From assembly GCA_028534125.1 (NCBI GenBank), contig CM052842.1, forward strand, positions 992,001-1,056,000: DNA of 64,000 bases, in the 5' to 3' direction. The DNA is from Lama glama (lineage: Eukaryota). The translations under genes and the position numbers were made by a program. A model generated the notes under the pieces. It was not told where the DNA came from. It was given only the letters and a program-made list of their open reading frames with translations, and ran no database searches. This document shows, one piece after another, positions 33,901-45,900 of this stretch; positions within the stretch are counted from its first letter, which is position 1; every line of letters begins with the position of its first letter.

Positions 33901-36900
33901 AAGTGATCAAGACCCGCTATCGCATCGTCAAGAAGAACCCAGTGTCATCTCTCAGCACTGCCCCTGGCCCCGCGACCCCACCCTCCTGGCGGGCACGGCG
34001 CCTCTCCCTGTCCAGGTAGGAGGCCAGGCTGGTGGGCTCCAGAGCATAGGGGAGCCTGAGGGCCTCAGGGACGGAGCTCCCCACCAGGAGTGCCACGTCT
34101 GCAGTCTGTCGGCTGGGGGCAGGCTGCTTTTCCCGTCTAGCGGTCCTGCAGATGTGTGGCTGGCCTGCGTGTACCACACACTGTCTGCCCTGTCGTCCGT
34201 CTGCAGGCCGCTACCTGGCTGGGCATGGTCTGGGAGTAGCTGCCACCCAGGCCACACCACGCCTTGCATTCCTCAGGAAGAAGCTCCTGGTGAGAGAGGC
34301 TGGGCCCTGAGCAGCCTCTTCTGCGGGACCATCTCACTGTCCGTGTGGATCACAAGGGTAGGAGGGGAGGCCGCAGCCCTCCACCTGCCCACACAAGGGT
34401 CTGGCCTACACCCTGGGTGCCATGGCTTCGTTCCAGGCGTCTTCTGGCTGAGGGCACATGCAGTGTGGACAGCCCACCTTCTTTTCCGGGTACTCTGGGC
34501 CCAGGAGCAGGAAGGCTGCAGAAGCTGGGATGTGGCCCCTTCCTTCCGTGAGGCAGGGGCAGGGGTGGAGATCGGGGAGTGGCAGACGGCTCCCTGTGCC
34601 CTCTGGCCATGCTTGGGGAGCAGCGTGTGAGCGGCTTGGCCAGCGTGGGCTTTCGTTTGGGTGCAGTGGGCACTCCAGGGCACATGGCCTCGGGCCAAAG
34701 GCTGTGGAGTAGGGGGTCCTTGTGCCCTGAGGCGTGGACCACAGGGCAGAGGGCTGTCCTGCCAGCCCCCCACGGGCCCCGCCACCCTCTGGCTCTGGGG
34801 CCATGGGGGGTGGTGCCAGCTTACTGACCCCCATAGGCGTGCCTGGAGGTCAGCATGCCCAGGCGGTCAGACGTGCCCATTGCCCTCCTCCCTTCCCAGC
34901 AGGCCCTGCTGCCGACTTTCCTGGAGGCAATAGCTCGAAGTTTATTTTAGATTAATTTTACTGCACTTTTTGTAACATTTTTGTTTTAAATAGATTTATA
35001 AGCATCTTGGGGCTATTTCTACAAATTTATGAAGATAATTTTCACTCTCTCGATAAGGTTAAATTTACACCTGCTATTTCCATATTAATTCACAGCGCTA
35101 AGTGGGTCTAATNNNNNNNNNNNNNNNNNNNNNNNNNNNNNNNNNNNNNNNNNNNNNNNNNNNNNNNNNNNNNNNNNNNNNNNNNNNNNNNNNNNNNNNN
35201 NNNNNNNNNNNNNNNNNNNNNNNNNNNNNNNNNNNNNNNNNNNNNNNNNNNNTGAGGTTCAGATTTATTGATTCTTGCTCCTGCCTCCCCTCCTGCAGTC
35301 GGCATTCCAGCCCCACGTTGGCAGCCTGGCCAGGCCCCGCCTCTCCCAGGGGGCTCGAATCAGGGCAGGGGGTGACTTTTGTTGAGGGGTCACCAGCTGG
35401 TCTCTCCCTCTTGGCCTCTGAGAGCCAAGGAAGCCCCAGGTTTCGGTCCATCTGGGCCAGTGCTGAGTGTGGCGGGCCCAGTGGGGCAAGGGTTCCTGAG
35501 GAGGGAGGTGGCTGGGTGCCCCTCTGAGGCAGCCATCGCCTCGCGCTTTCAGCCGGAGTGTCAAGTCTGTCAGGCGGCAAACAGCCCGGTCAGTGGCAGG
35601 GCAGAGAGTGTGCCTTTGCCTCAGTTCTGGGGATGAGGGGCAGGTGGACGGCATGGGGGCCATTGGGAGAGACCCGGCCTGGTGGTGTGTCTATGCTGGG
35701 AGTGGACAGGCCTGGCCCAGCTGCCAGCCTAGCATGGCCACTGCATGTCTCAAGCTGCTCATCCCAGCGACGGTGACGGCCTGGCAGGGAGGGCATGACT
35801 ACAGGCATGGGGGGCAGGAGCAGGGAGGGTGCAGCCCTCGATGGCTCTTTGCAGCCCCCAGGGGCCATGCTGGACGCCAGACAGCTCAGGCTCCAAAGTC
35901 CTGGCTCACGCTTGGTGGCTGGGGGCTCTGAGGCAGATTCCCAGCTGCTCCCGGCCCCAGCGCCCTCCCTGTGTGTGGAGATGTGGCCAAGCCCACCCCA
36001 GGATGGCCCCACGTTAACTGGGGATGAGCATGGGGGCCCCTGTGGAGGGGCCGACCGGCAGGTCTCGGCAGTCCTCGGCAGTCCTGGGAATCTGTGGGCG
36101 GAGTCGGGGGCTAGTGGACACAGGTGGGAGGTGAGGCAGGTGGCCCAGCAGCCGACAGTGCCGGTGTTGGTGTGCGGTGGCCCTGGACCACCCCACCCCG
36201 CTACAGGTACTCACCGTGAGTCACTGCAGAGAGGAGACTGTGTGCGTTGAGGGCTGCCATCCAGGAGGAGCCCAGGGAGCCCCAGTGGGCGGCGCACACT
36301 GTGTGACCCTGGGCGGGCAGGGGCTGAGTTGGAGCCGGGGCTCAGTGTAGACCCGCACCTGATGGTCGTGGCCTTGCCAAGTCCCTCCCTGCCTGTGCCA
36401 AGGAATGACATGCCCCTCAAAGTGTAGAGGGAGCGGGTTGCCACACTCAGTCCCACACCGAGAGAGGCCTGGCTGCTGCTCACCTGCCCCGCCAGCCCAG
36501 GGCGGGGGAGCAGCTGAGCTCCTCTGCCTGCTGCCTGCTCTGCGGGAGCTGGGAGGTGGGCGCCCGCAGGCCCGGGTCCTGGTGTCTGGGCAGGGGAATA
36601 GAGTTGCGGGGTCCCTGTTCCCCTCTGGAAGCCCACATGCAGCACTCTGGCCCGAGACCACTGTCAGCACCGTCCTGGGGACCAGGGTGCACGCCTGCCT
36701 CACGAGGTGGCTTTGCCCTCTCTCCTGACTTAGACAGAAACCTACTCTCAGCCCCTTTTTTGGTTTTGCCCAGTGAGTGGGAAGCCAAGGGGCCACATGG
36801 GGCCTGTATTCACAGCAGGAGTCCTGGGCGTCCCCTTCCTGCCACCAGCTCTGTCTGTCTGGAGGTAGAGGAGGTTCTGGGGCTTCTGTGGTGAGGCCCT

Positions 36901-39900
36901 GACTCCAGAAGTACCCGAGAGGAGAGTCGATGGGACGCGAGCCCATCCAGTTCTTTCGGATGGTCTGCACTCGTCCACGTTGGGACAGACAGAAGGCGGG
37001 AAAGCGCTGGGCCGCAGCTCCTAGGCCCCGTGGGCGCTGTCCGCCAGGGTCTTTGGGGACGTGTCTGATGTCCTGTCAAGAGCCACGGCTGGATGAGGTG
37101 GCTGCTGCCCTGGCCAGCGGAGCGTGTTGGGGCTGGAGCAGGGGGGAAGCAAGGGACGGGGTGGGGCCCCTCCTAGAAAGGACGCTCGCCTGTGTGGGGG
37201 CAGTGGCTGATGGCCCTGGTGGGACTGGGTCCGGGGCTCGAGGACTTCACACCACTGCTGCCCAGAACCAGCCCCGGGGCTTGGGGTCTGTGGTGTAGGC
37301 CCAGGTCCTGGAGGCATCAGAGGGCCCCACGGAGCACCTCCCAGGGCTGAGGCTCATGCTGAGCGAGCATTCAATGTTTTTGTTCTGAGATCTGTGGACT
37401 TGCCTGTGTCCTCGCCGGTTTCCAGCAAGTTCATTAATCTGAGCTGAAGCTGAAATGTGACTTATGTCCCTAAACTGCCTGTCACTTTTTTTCTCTTTCC
37501 GAATTCATTTGACGTGAAAGTGCGGAGTAAACAGAAGCCGCCGTGCTTAAGCAGATGAGTCTGGAAGCTGCCCTGTCCCGACTATAGATGGTGCTGTCAC
37601 CAGGGCTGCGCTTGCTGGGCCGCCCTGTTTTATTTTATTTTTGCGTCTATGCAGTGAATCTTGAGTAATCTCTGGGTGGTTTGACGAGGTATGGGCTGCG
37701 ATTTTGAAGGCTCTGAGATGCTTCTCCAAAGTGACGACTGATTATTAAGGAGGAATTCAGCACGAGGCTGGGCATCCCTGCTGGTGGCCATGGCTCTACA
37801 CGCTCCCCTCGCCCCTGCGGCTTCCTGGTGGGCAGACGGCTCCTCCCTCCAGTTCCCGGAGTGTCGGGCTTGGACGGCAGACGTTCGTTTCTCACGGTCT
37901 GCAGGCTGGGAGTCTGAGGTCAGGGTGCTGGCAGGGCCTGCTCCCTCCTGGGGCTCGCGGTGTCCTCTCAGGCGGGAGGGAGAGTGGAAGGCTCTGGGGC
38001 CTTGCAGGGCCACTAAGCCCGTCTTGGGGCCCTGCCCCGACGATCTCACCTCACCCACGTTGCCTCCTAAAGGCCCAAGTCCAAGCACCACCACACTGGG
38101 GCCAGGGCTTCACCACAGGAGTTTGGGGGGACACAGCCTTCAGTCCAGAGTAGGGGGTGTCCTGCTCGTCCCCAGGCCTGCCCTGTGGGGTCCTCACAGC
38201 CTCCTGTCCTGCCCCAAAGGGTGTGGCAGTTAGAGGAGCACGGGGTGAACCCTTCTGTGAAGCAGTGCTCCCTTCCACGTCCCTTCCGCCGTGGCCACAC
38301 TCCAGGCCCTGCTGTCTCTGGTGAGGGCCTGGGCCTGGCACGGCAGACTCCTCCCAGCTCAGCCCAGGCCAGCTCCTGTGCCGGGTGCTGGCTGACAGGG
38401 CTCCCCCTGTGAATTCCTGGGTGCAGACGTCGTGGTGGGCGGTGCTCCGCCCACAGTGCTCGCCTCCCAGCCAGAGGTGGTCAGGAAGCAAGCGGACAGT
38501 GGGGTGCTGGGAAGGCTCCTCCGGGGGTGAGGCCTGCGAGGTGAGTGTGGGCTGCCTTGGGAGGGCCTTTCCTGTGGGCCTGGGAAGGAGCCCAGAATGG
38601 CTGCAGAGCTCACCTGGAGGCCAGCGCTGACAGTGGGACCTGGGCCTGCTGGACCGGCGGAGGCGTGGGTGGTCAGGGTTGGGGCAGCAGCCCGTGCTCC
38701 CCAGGCTGGTACTGCTATGTGCAGCCCCGGGCACACGCCGCTCACTGCTACTGGCTCCGTCCACCCCGTGCCTCTGCCCGCCCCACGATGGCCCTGTCTG
38801 TGAGCAGCCTGCACCAGCAGCTGAGGAGGGGGCCAGGCCAGCACTGCTCAAGCTGCCCGTCAAGGGGCTGAGGCATGGAGGCGAGTGGGCAGCAGAATTC
38901 TGAACTGGTTCTGTTACAAAGGGAGGTGTCCGTTTCAAGGGAGGAGAATGTCCCCTGCTTTCACCTGGATGCCGGCCGGGCTGTGAGTCTGGGATGCCTG
39001 GTTCAGGCCCAGCCTGCTCTGTCTCCAGCAGGCTGTGAGGGCTGCCCTGAGGAAGGGGGCACTTCCTCCAGGAGCCAAGCGTGGGCCCGGAGAGGAAGCC
39101 CCCCACCCGTTCTGCGGGGTCCGCCATGCCTCCTCTCTGCCTGACAGGGCTGTCCTCCGGGAGGCAGGTCTTCGACCTAGGTTAGAGCCTGGAGGTCTTT
39201 GGGTTGTGGCTCTTAACTGCTCAGGACCTGAGTGTGTCCTTTCCCTGGTTCATAGGTGTTGCAGGCTGAGCAGAGCAGGCCCAGGGTCCCCAGGCAGCTG
39301 GCTGTAGTGACTCCTCGCTGCCCCTGGGCCTGTGGAAGAGGACCCAGTCCTCTCCTGCCCTTTCACTTGTCTCCTCACCCTATAAGTGTCTGCGGATGGC
39401 CTGCCCTGTGTTGGGCCCCTGCGTGCCTGGAAGCTGAGGCCTAGTAAGGGACGGAGTGTCCCTGGGCCAGCGTGCCAGGGGTCCAGCAGGCCTGGGAGGC
39501 AGGCTCACCCAGGCCTGGCTGCAGTAAGTAGGAGGTAGCCAGGCAGAGGGGGTCACTCCTGCAGAGGAAATGATACACACAGCACAGGAGAGACTGTGAG
39601 AAGGCCCGGGCAGGGGGCAAAGCACGTTTGAGTGCAGAGGCTCCACCAGACCTGAGGCTTCAGGGGCGAGTCTAGGATAACTAGACCAGGCCTGCGCAGT
39701 GCCAAGCAAGTAGAGAGTGACCCTGACCCAGCTCCCTCTCCAGGGCCGCCTGGCTGCCCAGGGGCCCGCTGATCCCAGCACCGCCTCTCTCTCTGCCCAG
39801 CCCTGCAGATGGTCACAGGTGGGCTGCTCCGTGGCTTGTGGCCTGAGTGGACCCCAGGCAGCTCTCCCCACTTTATGTCAGCACGGTGGATGGGGGGAGC

Positions 39901-42900
39901 ACCCTGTTGCTGTGATCACTCCTCTGCCCCTGGAGAAGCTGCCCAAACAGTGAGTGGGCTGTCTTGGGGGAGGGGTGCGTGGAGTCAGGGCCCCCGGGCC
40001 AGGAGGAGCCGGGGGCGGTGACCATGGGCTCCTAGGCTCGCTCCTGTTCCCTCTCGTAATCAGTTTTTTAACATTTAATTTTTGGGGTAACTATTTTGAT
40101 CTGCGCTTGTACTTAGAGGAAAATTGCAGCAGTAGTAGAGGGAACCGCCAGGTATCCTTCAGCTGAACTCACCGTGGTTTGTACCTCGCCCCTCTGCTCA
40201 CAGACCACCGTTGGTGAGGAAGTCGGAGACTCAGTGCCCTTGACCAGGCACCGTGGTGTGGTCCCTGCTGCACGGGCGTGGCCTGGAGGCAGAGCTGGCT
40301 GCGGGGGTCCTGCCTCTTCAGCCCCATTGAGTCCGGGGCCGCCTTCCACAGCCGGACACCAGCAGCAGAGGCCTCCTCGTGTGTCAGGAGCCTCAGATTC
40401 GCGCAGCGGAGGTGCTGGGCGGCCCTCGGTGCAGCCTGGGGGACCTGGCTGATGTAGCAGGCTTCTCTAGGGTGTGGGTCCCTCTGGGTGCTGGTGGGGA
40501 GGTGCGTGGAGCCCGCAATGGCATCCTTTCCTGTTGGACATCACCCGGTGCTTCTAGACCCTCAGTGACTCCAGCCCCTCACTGTGTCCGTACTGGTTGG
40601 TTGCTGTGTTGTGAGGAGCCGCTGTCCGGATCCCCCGTTGCCTTGTACATTTGCTTGTTTGTAATGATGTGGACTCTGAGTTCTTGTTCTGTTTGCCAGG
40701 TTGCAGTCTGATATCATTATGGTTCATTTTGACCCTCCAGTGGCAACAGCCCTGGCCTGTGGAGGCCCCTGTGCTGGCCCTGCGTCCTCTGCACGTGGCA
40801 TCATCATCCTGAGCCTCGCTCACCTGCACAGCAGGAGCTGCAAGCTCTCCTGGGACTTGGCTCTCCGTCCCCCGTGGCCCCCACAGCCAGCTGTCTTGTG
40901 GACAGAGCTGCGGGGTGAGGGGACCGTGTGGAGGGGAAGGTCAGGCAGGGGTGTGTGTCCTTCTCCCAGGCCTTCCCAGCTCAGAGTCTGTGCAGCTGTG
41001 TGCACAGCTCTCTCTGGATTAAGACCTCGGGTTCATACTGATGCTGCCGGTTCCGTGGCCACACGACCTCTCTGGACTGCCTTTCCGTCGGAGAGACGCC
41101 TGGCCCCTCTTTTCTCTGCACAGCCAGTCACTAGAGCTCGGCATTTGCTAATAGTTTTTTTGCAGGTAGAACGTATATCCAGTGAGATGCACGAATCTAA
41201 GCGTACAGTTGTCTGAGTTTGGACCAGTGCAGACCTCTGTGTAAAAGCCCTGCTGTCATTGCCGGGGTTGAGGGGGGCGTCCCGCCACCTGCACGTCCTC
41301 TCAGTCACACCCATCAGTACCTCATCTGCCAGGAACCCTCTTCTCACTACTGTCACTGTGGTTTGTTTGGCTGGTTCCAGAACGTCGCGGATGCCAGGTG
41401 CACACTTGGCACCTCCATCTCCGACACCCTCAGCACCGTCGTGCGCCGGCCACGTTGCGCCCCCAGCATCCTCTGACGGTTGCTTCTCCTCCCAACGGAC
41501 ATCTGGGTGGTGGTGGGTGAGGCTGCTGGCTGCTCACACACGGCTCTGTGTCGGCCCGTTTGCTGTTCCTTGTGGGAACTTTTCTAGGAGTGGGCCATGG
41601 GGACCCGGGAAGAGGTGCATCTGACCGCGTGTGAAACTGCTGAGCCCCTTCCTCGGGGCAGTGCCCCCTCCTGTTCCTGTTGCAGCATTTGGTTTTTGGT
41701 TTTCACATTCCCAAGGTATGCTGGCGTCTCGCTGTGGTTTAAACACGTTTCCCTGATTACCAGTGATGTTGAACGCTTATTCGTAGGGTTATTTAAGGCC
41801 ATTCATGGTGTCAGAGCTGCTCGCATCCTTTGCCCGTTTTTTATTGCTGGTTTGTTTCCTGTTGTTTAGCCGCCGGGCTGTTTGCTTGTTTAAGGCCCTC
41901 TGCCCTCCCCTTCCCTGGCCAAGCCGACCTCAGCTTGAGTGGGGGCTCTGTTTCCTGCCCAGGAGGAGGAGTCTGGTGGTGGGCCCTCTGGGGGGCTTGT
42001 GTCGGCCCCCCTTCCAGAGCGTGAGGCCAGGGACAGCTCCCTCCGGGGGTTTCACCCGGCTCTGCTCTCTGCTGAACCCTGCCCTCCACCCTCTCACATA
42101 CGCCCCTCACCAGCCCAGGCCCCGAGAGCGGTCAGCGAGTGGCCCAGAGCACCCACCAGGGTGGAATGTGAAGAAACAGGGAAACAAATTGGAGCAAGAG
42201 GCTTGGCCTGAGGGTGGCAGGGAGTGTGTGCCCAGCACTCTTAGTGCTGGGGCTTTGGAAAGATGAGGGCGGGGCCTCCTCTGGGCCTTCTTCTGGGAGG
42301 ACTTGGTGGGCGCCTGCAGGGGTCAGGGAGGGCCCACGGGGTGCCCCGCCCTCTCCCCTCCCACCTTTGACCCCGTCCACTTCCCTGCGTGGTGCTGGAG
42401 CAGGCCTCCTCCGGCAGGTGTTGTAGGGCTTTGCTTTATGAGAGCAGGCGGCTGCGGCTCCCCAAGTGCTGTAAAAGGTAATGTGNNNNNNNNNNNNNNN
42501 NNNNNNNNNNNNNNNNNNNNNNNNNNNNNNNNNNNNNNNNNNNNNNNNNNNNNNNNNNNNNNNNNNNNNNNNNNNNNNNNNNNNNNNNNNNNNNNNNNNN
42601 NNNNNNNNNNNNNNNNNNNNNNNNNNNNNNNNNNNNNNNNNNNNNNNNNNNNNNNNNNNNNNNNNNNNNNNNNNNNNNNNNNNNNNNNAAGGAAGGAGCG
42701 CGGCTGTCGGCCCCTCTGCCTGCATCATCCTAACAGATGAGCTGAGGTGCGTTTCTACACGGGAGGCGCACAGGGGCTGCTGGCGGGGCCTGACAGCAAG
42801 GGTGCAGCTCTTAATCTGGGGGTCGGTTCAAAGCGCGCCGGGTTATTTATGTATTTCTCTGAGTCTAGCAGGCCTTTCAGCTGTCGGCAGCCCCCAGGCC

Positions 42901-45900
42901 TGAATGCCCGCCCGCGCTCCTCCATGGGGCGTGGGGAGGGCCTGGGGCTCGGGTGGGGGTGTGGGGCCTTGACGCCTCACTGCCTTCACCCCTCATGCCC
43001 TCGGCGGTTTTGGGGAGGTGGAGGAGGAGACCAGCCCGCCAAGGCACAGCCGTCCCCTGTCGGCCCCGGGACTGGGATGCTGAGGGACACCTACTCTCCC
43101 TCCGGAGCCTGGTCCAGAGGGGCCTCTCTTGGCGATGTTGGAGCCCAGCCCCTTACTGGCAGCACCAGGCCTGGGACCCTGAGGAGGAGTGCCCTGGGCG
43201 CCAGGGTCCAGCTGGTGTCCCAGCGAGGTGACCCCGCTGCTTCCTCCTCCTCCTCTGTGCTCGTTGTCAGACACTCCCATCCCGGCATGGGGTGGCAAGT
43301 TAGCTCCCCAGGGCCCCTCTGGCCTTAGGACCTCAGGAGCTGAGCTCCAGGCCAGCCAGTCTCTCCAGGTCCAGGTTCTGCTCGTTCCTTCATCCCTGTC
43401 CCCACCTGTGTGGGCAGCTCCAGGATGGCCCCTGTGACACCTCTGCAGAGATCAGAACTAAGGATCTGGAGCCCTGAGGGGAGGCTGTGTGCAGCTGGGC
43501 TGCCCCAGTGCCGCAAGACCCCTGTGCTCCCAGGCAAGGGTGAACCTGAGCCATCCTTCTGGCTGCCTCTTCCTTCGCTCTCTGTGCGCTGTCCCTGGGG
43601 GGGGTCGCTGGCACTGGGGGCATTGACATGGGGGTGCTTAGGTGCCTGTGGTGGGCGGGGTCGGGTGGGCTAACGTGCCACCTCCCTGTTGGCCCAGCCT
43701 CAGCCCAGCTCAGTGGTCACACAGCCCCTGTGACGGGCATCGCCTAGCATGGTATCTGTGCCATCACTCTTCCCTGGCCGTGGGGACTGCTGGTGCAGGG
43801 TCTGGGGTCACAGGTACTGTAGTCGGAGTGTTTGTGGTGAGAACACATGAGAGGTGGTACCCGGGCTCCATCTGTGGATGGTGTGGGAGCAGAGGGAAGA
43901 AGTAGCAGATACCAGGGCCCCCCATTTGCTCCGCCTCAGGCTGGGACCTGCCATCATATAGGCAGTTAGCTGCCCACAGGGAGCTGGCCCGGAGCTCTCG
44001 GGCCCTGGTGTGGCCCTGGTGTCTGTGTCCCTGAGGGCCGTGTGGGCAGGTAGGAGCTGCTGGGCAGGGCTAGGGCCAAGGTTGGGGTGGTGGGGCACAG
44101 CAGCCCCCTGAGAAGGCCAGCGTGCTCTGCCCTCCTGCCCTGGGCCCTGTCACAGGTCCCTGCCAGGACTGTCTCCCTGGTCCGGCTAGCCCCCAGGCCT
44201 GCTGGTCTCCCACGTCTGTGCAGGGTTCGGGCCCTCCAGCCCTTGGCCCTCTTTCTTCAGTCTCTCCCTCCTTTTCTGTTGCTGCCTCCACACTTGTGTT
44301 TTTCTCTCCCCTTTCTCCATAGACATCCCTCCTTCTGTCCTGCTCCAGCACCTGGCCCTCTTCCCCTTGGTGTGGGGAGCTGCTCTCGGAGCCTTGGGCT
44401 TCCCAGTGAGGAGGGAGGAGGGGCAGGAAGGGTGCTGGGCTCCGGGCCCGGAGTGCTGGCCGCCTCGGGCCCTGTGCTGTTCCTGCTCTGAATCTCCTGC
44501 CTCCGCCCTACTGCACCAGCCCCGCGGGTCAGCGCTCTCCCAGGCCACCCTCCATCCCTGCTGCATCCTTCACCTGGCCGGGCCTGTCTTGCCTGCGTGG
44601 TGACTGTGTCTTGATCGTGAGACACACAGGTGACTTCTCTGCTCTTCTGGAGCTGGCTGGGGTGGCCAAGGCCTTCAAACCGCCGTGTGCTTCTCGCAGG
44701 CCTGGCTCCCTATGGGCAAACCCTGACTGGACAGCATCCGCAGGGCCCCATGCGACGCTGCCACTGCCACAACCACAGGCCACAGTGTGGCCTCCCCATG
44801 TGCTTGGTGTCAGCACAGCGGCTCGTAAGGAAGAGTCAGACAGGCCAGGTTGGGTGTTTCAGGATAAACCCAGAGAGAGCAGCATCCCTTCTGTCTGCCG
44901 GATGGAAGCTTCGCTCTGAAGGCAGCTGGGAAGGGCCTGTGAGCACCTTCCCTGTGGAGCCCTGTGGGAGGTCTCCCTTGGCGATGCCCAGACCCTGACC
45001 ACACCTTGCACTGTGGGCCCTCGTGTGTCTGGGTTGGTGCCCCAGGTGTCCCTGCGAATGAGGCGCAGGGGAAGCTGAAAATACTGCCCCTGACAGGAAG
45101 AAATAAAACGTCCTTGTCACCCAGCGGTTCTTGGGTGCCTTACACAGTCAAACACCGTTTTAAATACCACTTTTATCCTGGTTTTAGAGGTGGTAGTAAA
45201 GCATCGTTCAAATAATCAATATCATATTTAACTCTTTGCATCTATCAACCCTCCAGCCTGATCTTACCCCAAAACATGATTCCTTTCTCAGGGCTGGACC
45301 AGGGCCTCTGGAGATGGTTGCGGGGAGGCGTTGTTCTAGGGGTCTGGGTAGCACGGGAAGACGGGCCCCCTGTGTTGGCTGTGGGGCCCAGGGACTCACA
45401 GCACAGAGGACCATATCCAAAGGTCTCCCACAAGCAAGTGCTTGCTCAGGCCCTGGTGGGCCTCAGGCCGCCTTAGTCACTGCCTCTTCCCAAGGCCCCA
45501 CCCTGTGGCATCTGCCTTGCCCCATGTCACCCTCAGGTTCTCTGAGCAGGAGGCTCCCTAAGGGCTCAGGAGCTCCAAGGAGGTGCTGGGCCCTCAGAGG
45601 AGGCATGTCCCCCCACCACCACCACTCAAGGCTCCGACCAGCATCAGGGTTTCTGAACCAGAATGCAGACCACCCACTGCTGGGAGGCTATCCATATCAC
45701 ATCTTCTCCCACCTGGCACCTCCTTCTAAGGCTGTCAGAGGGTCTCTTCGTGTGCAAGCTGCGGGACAGCTCAGGAATCATGGGGCATTTGTTTGCTTTG
45801 AGATGTCTGCTCCAGGTGGGAGGGGCTGTGGCTGCAGAGACTTCTGTGTGGGGGACGGGCCAGTGACTGCTGCCCTTCCCCAGCCGCTCCTGCTCGCAGG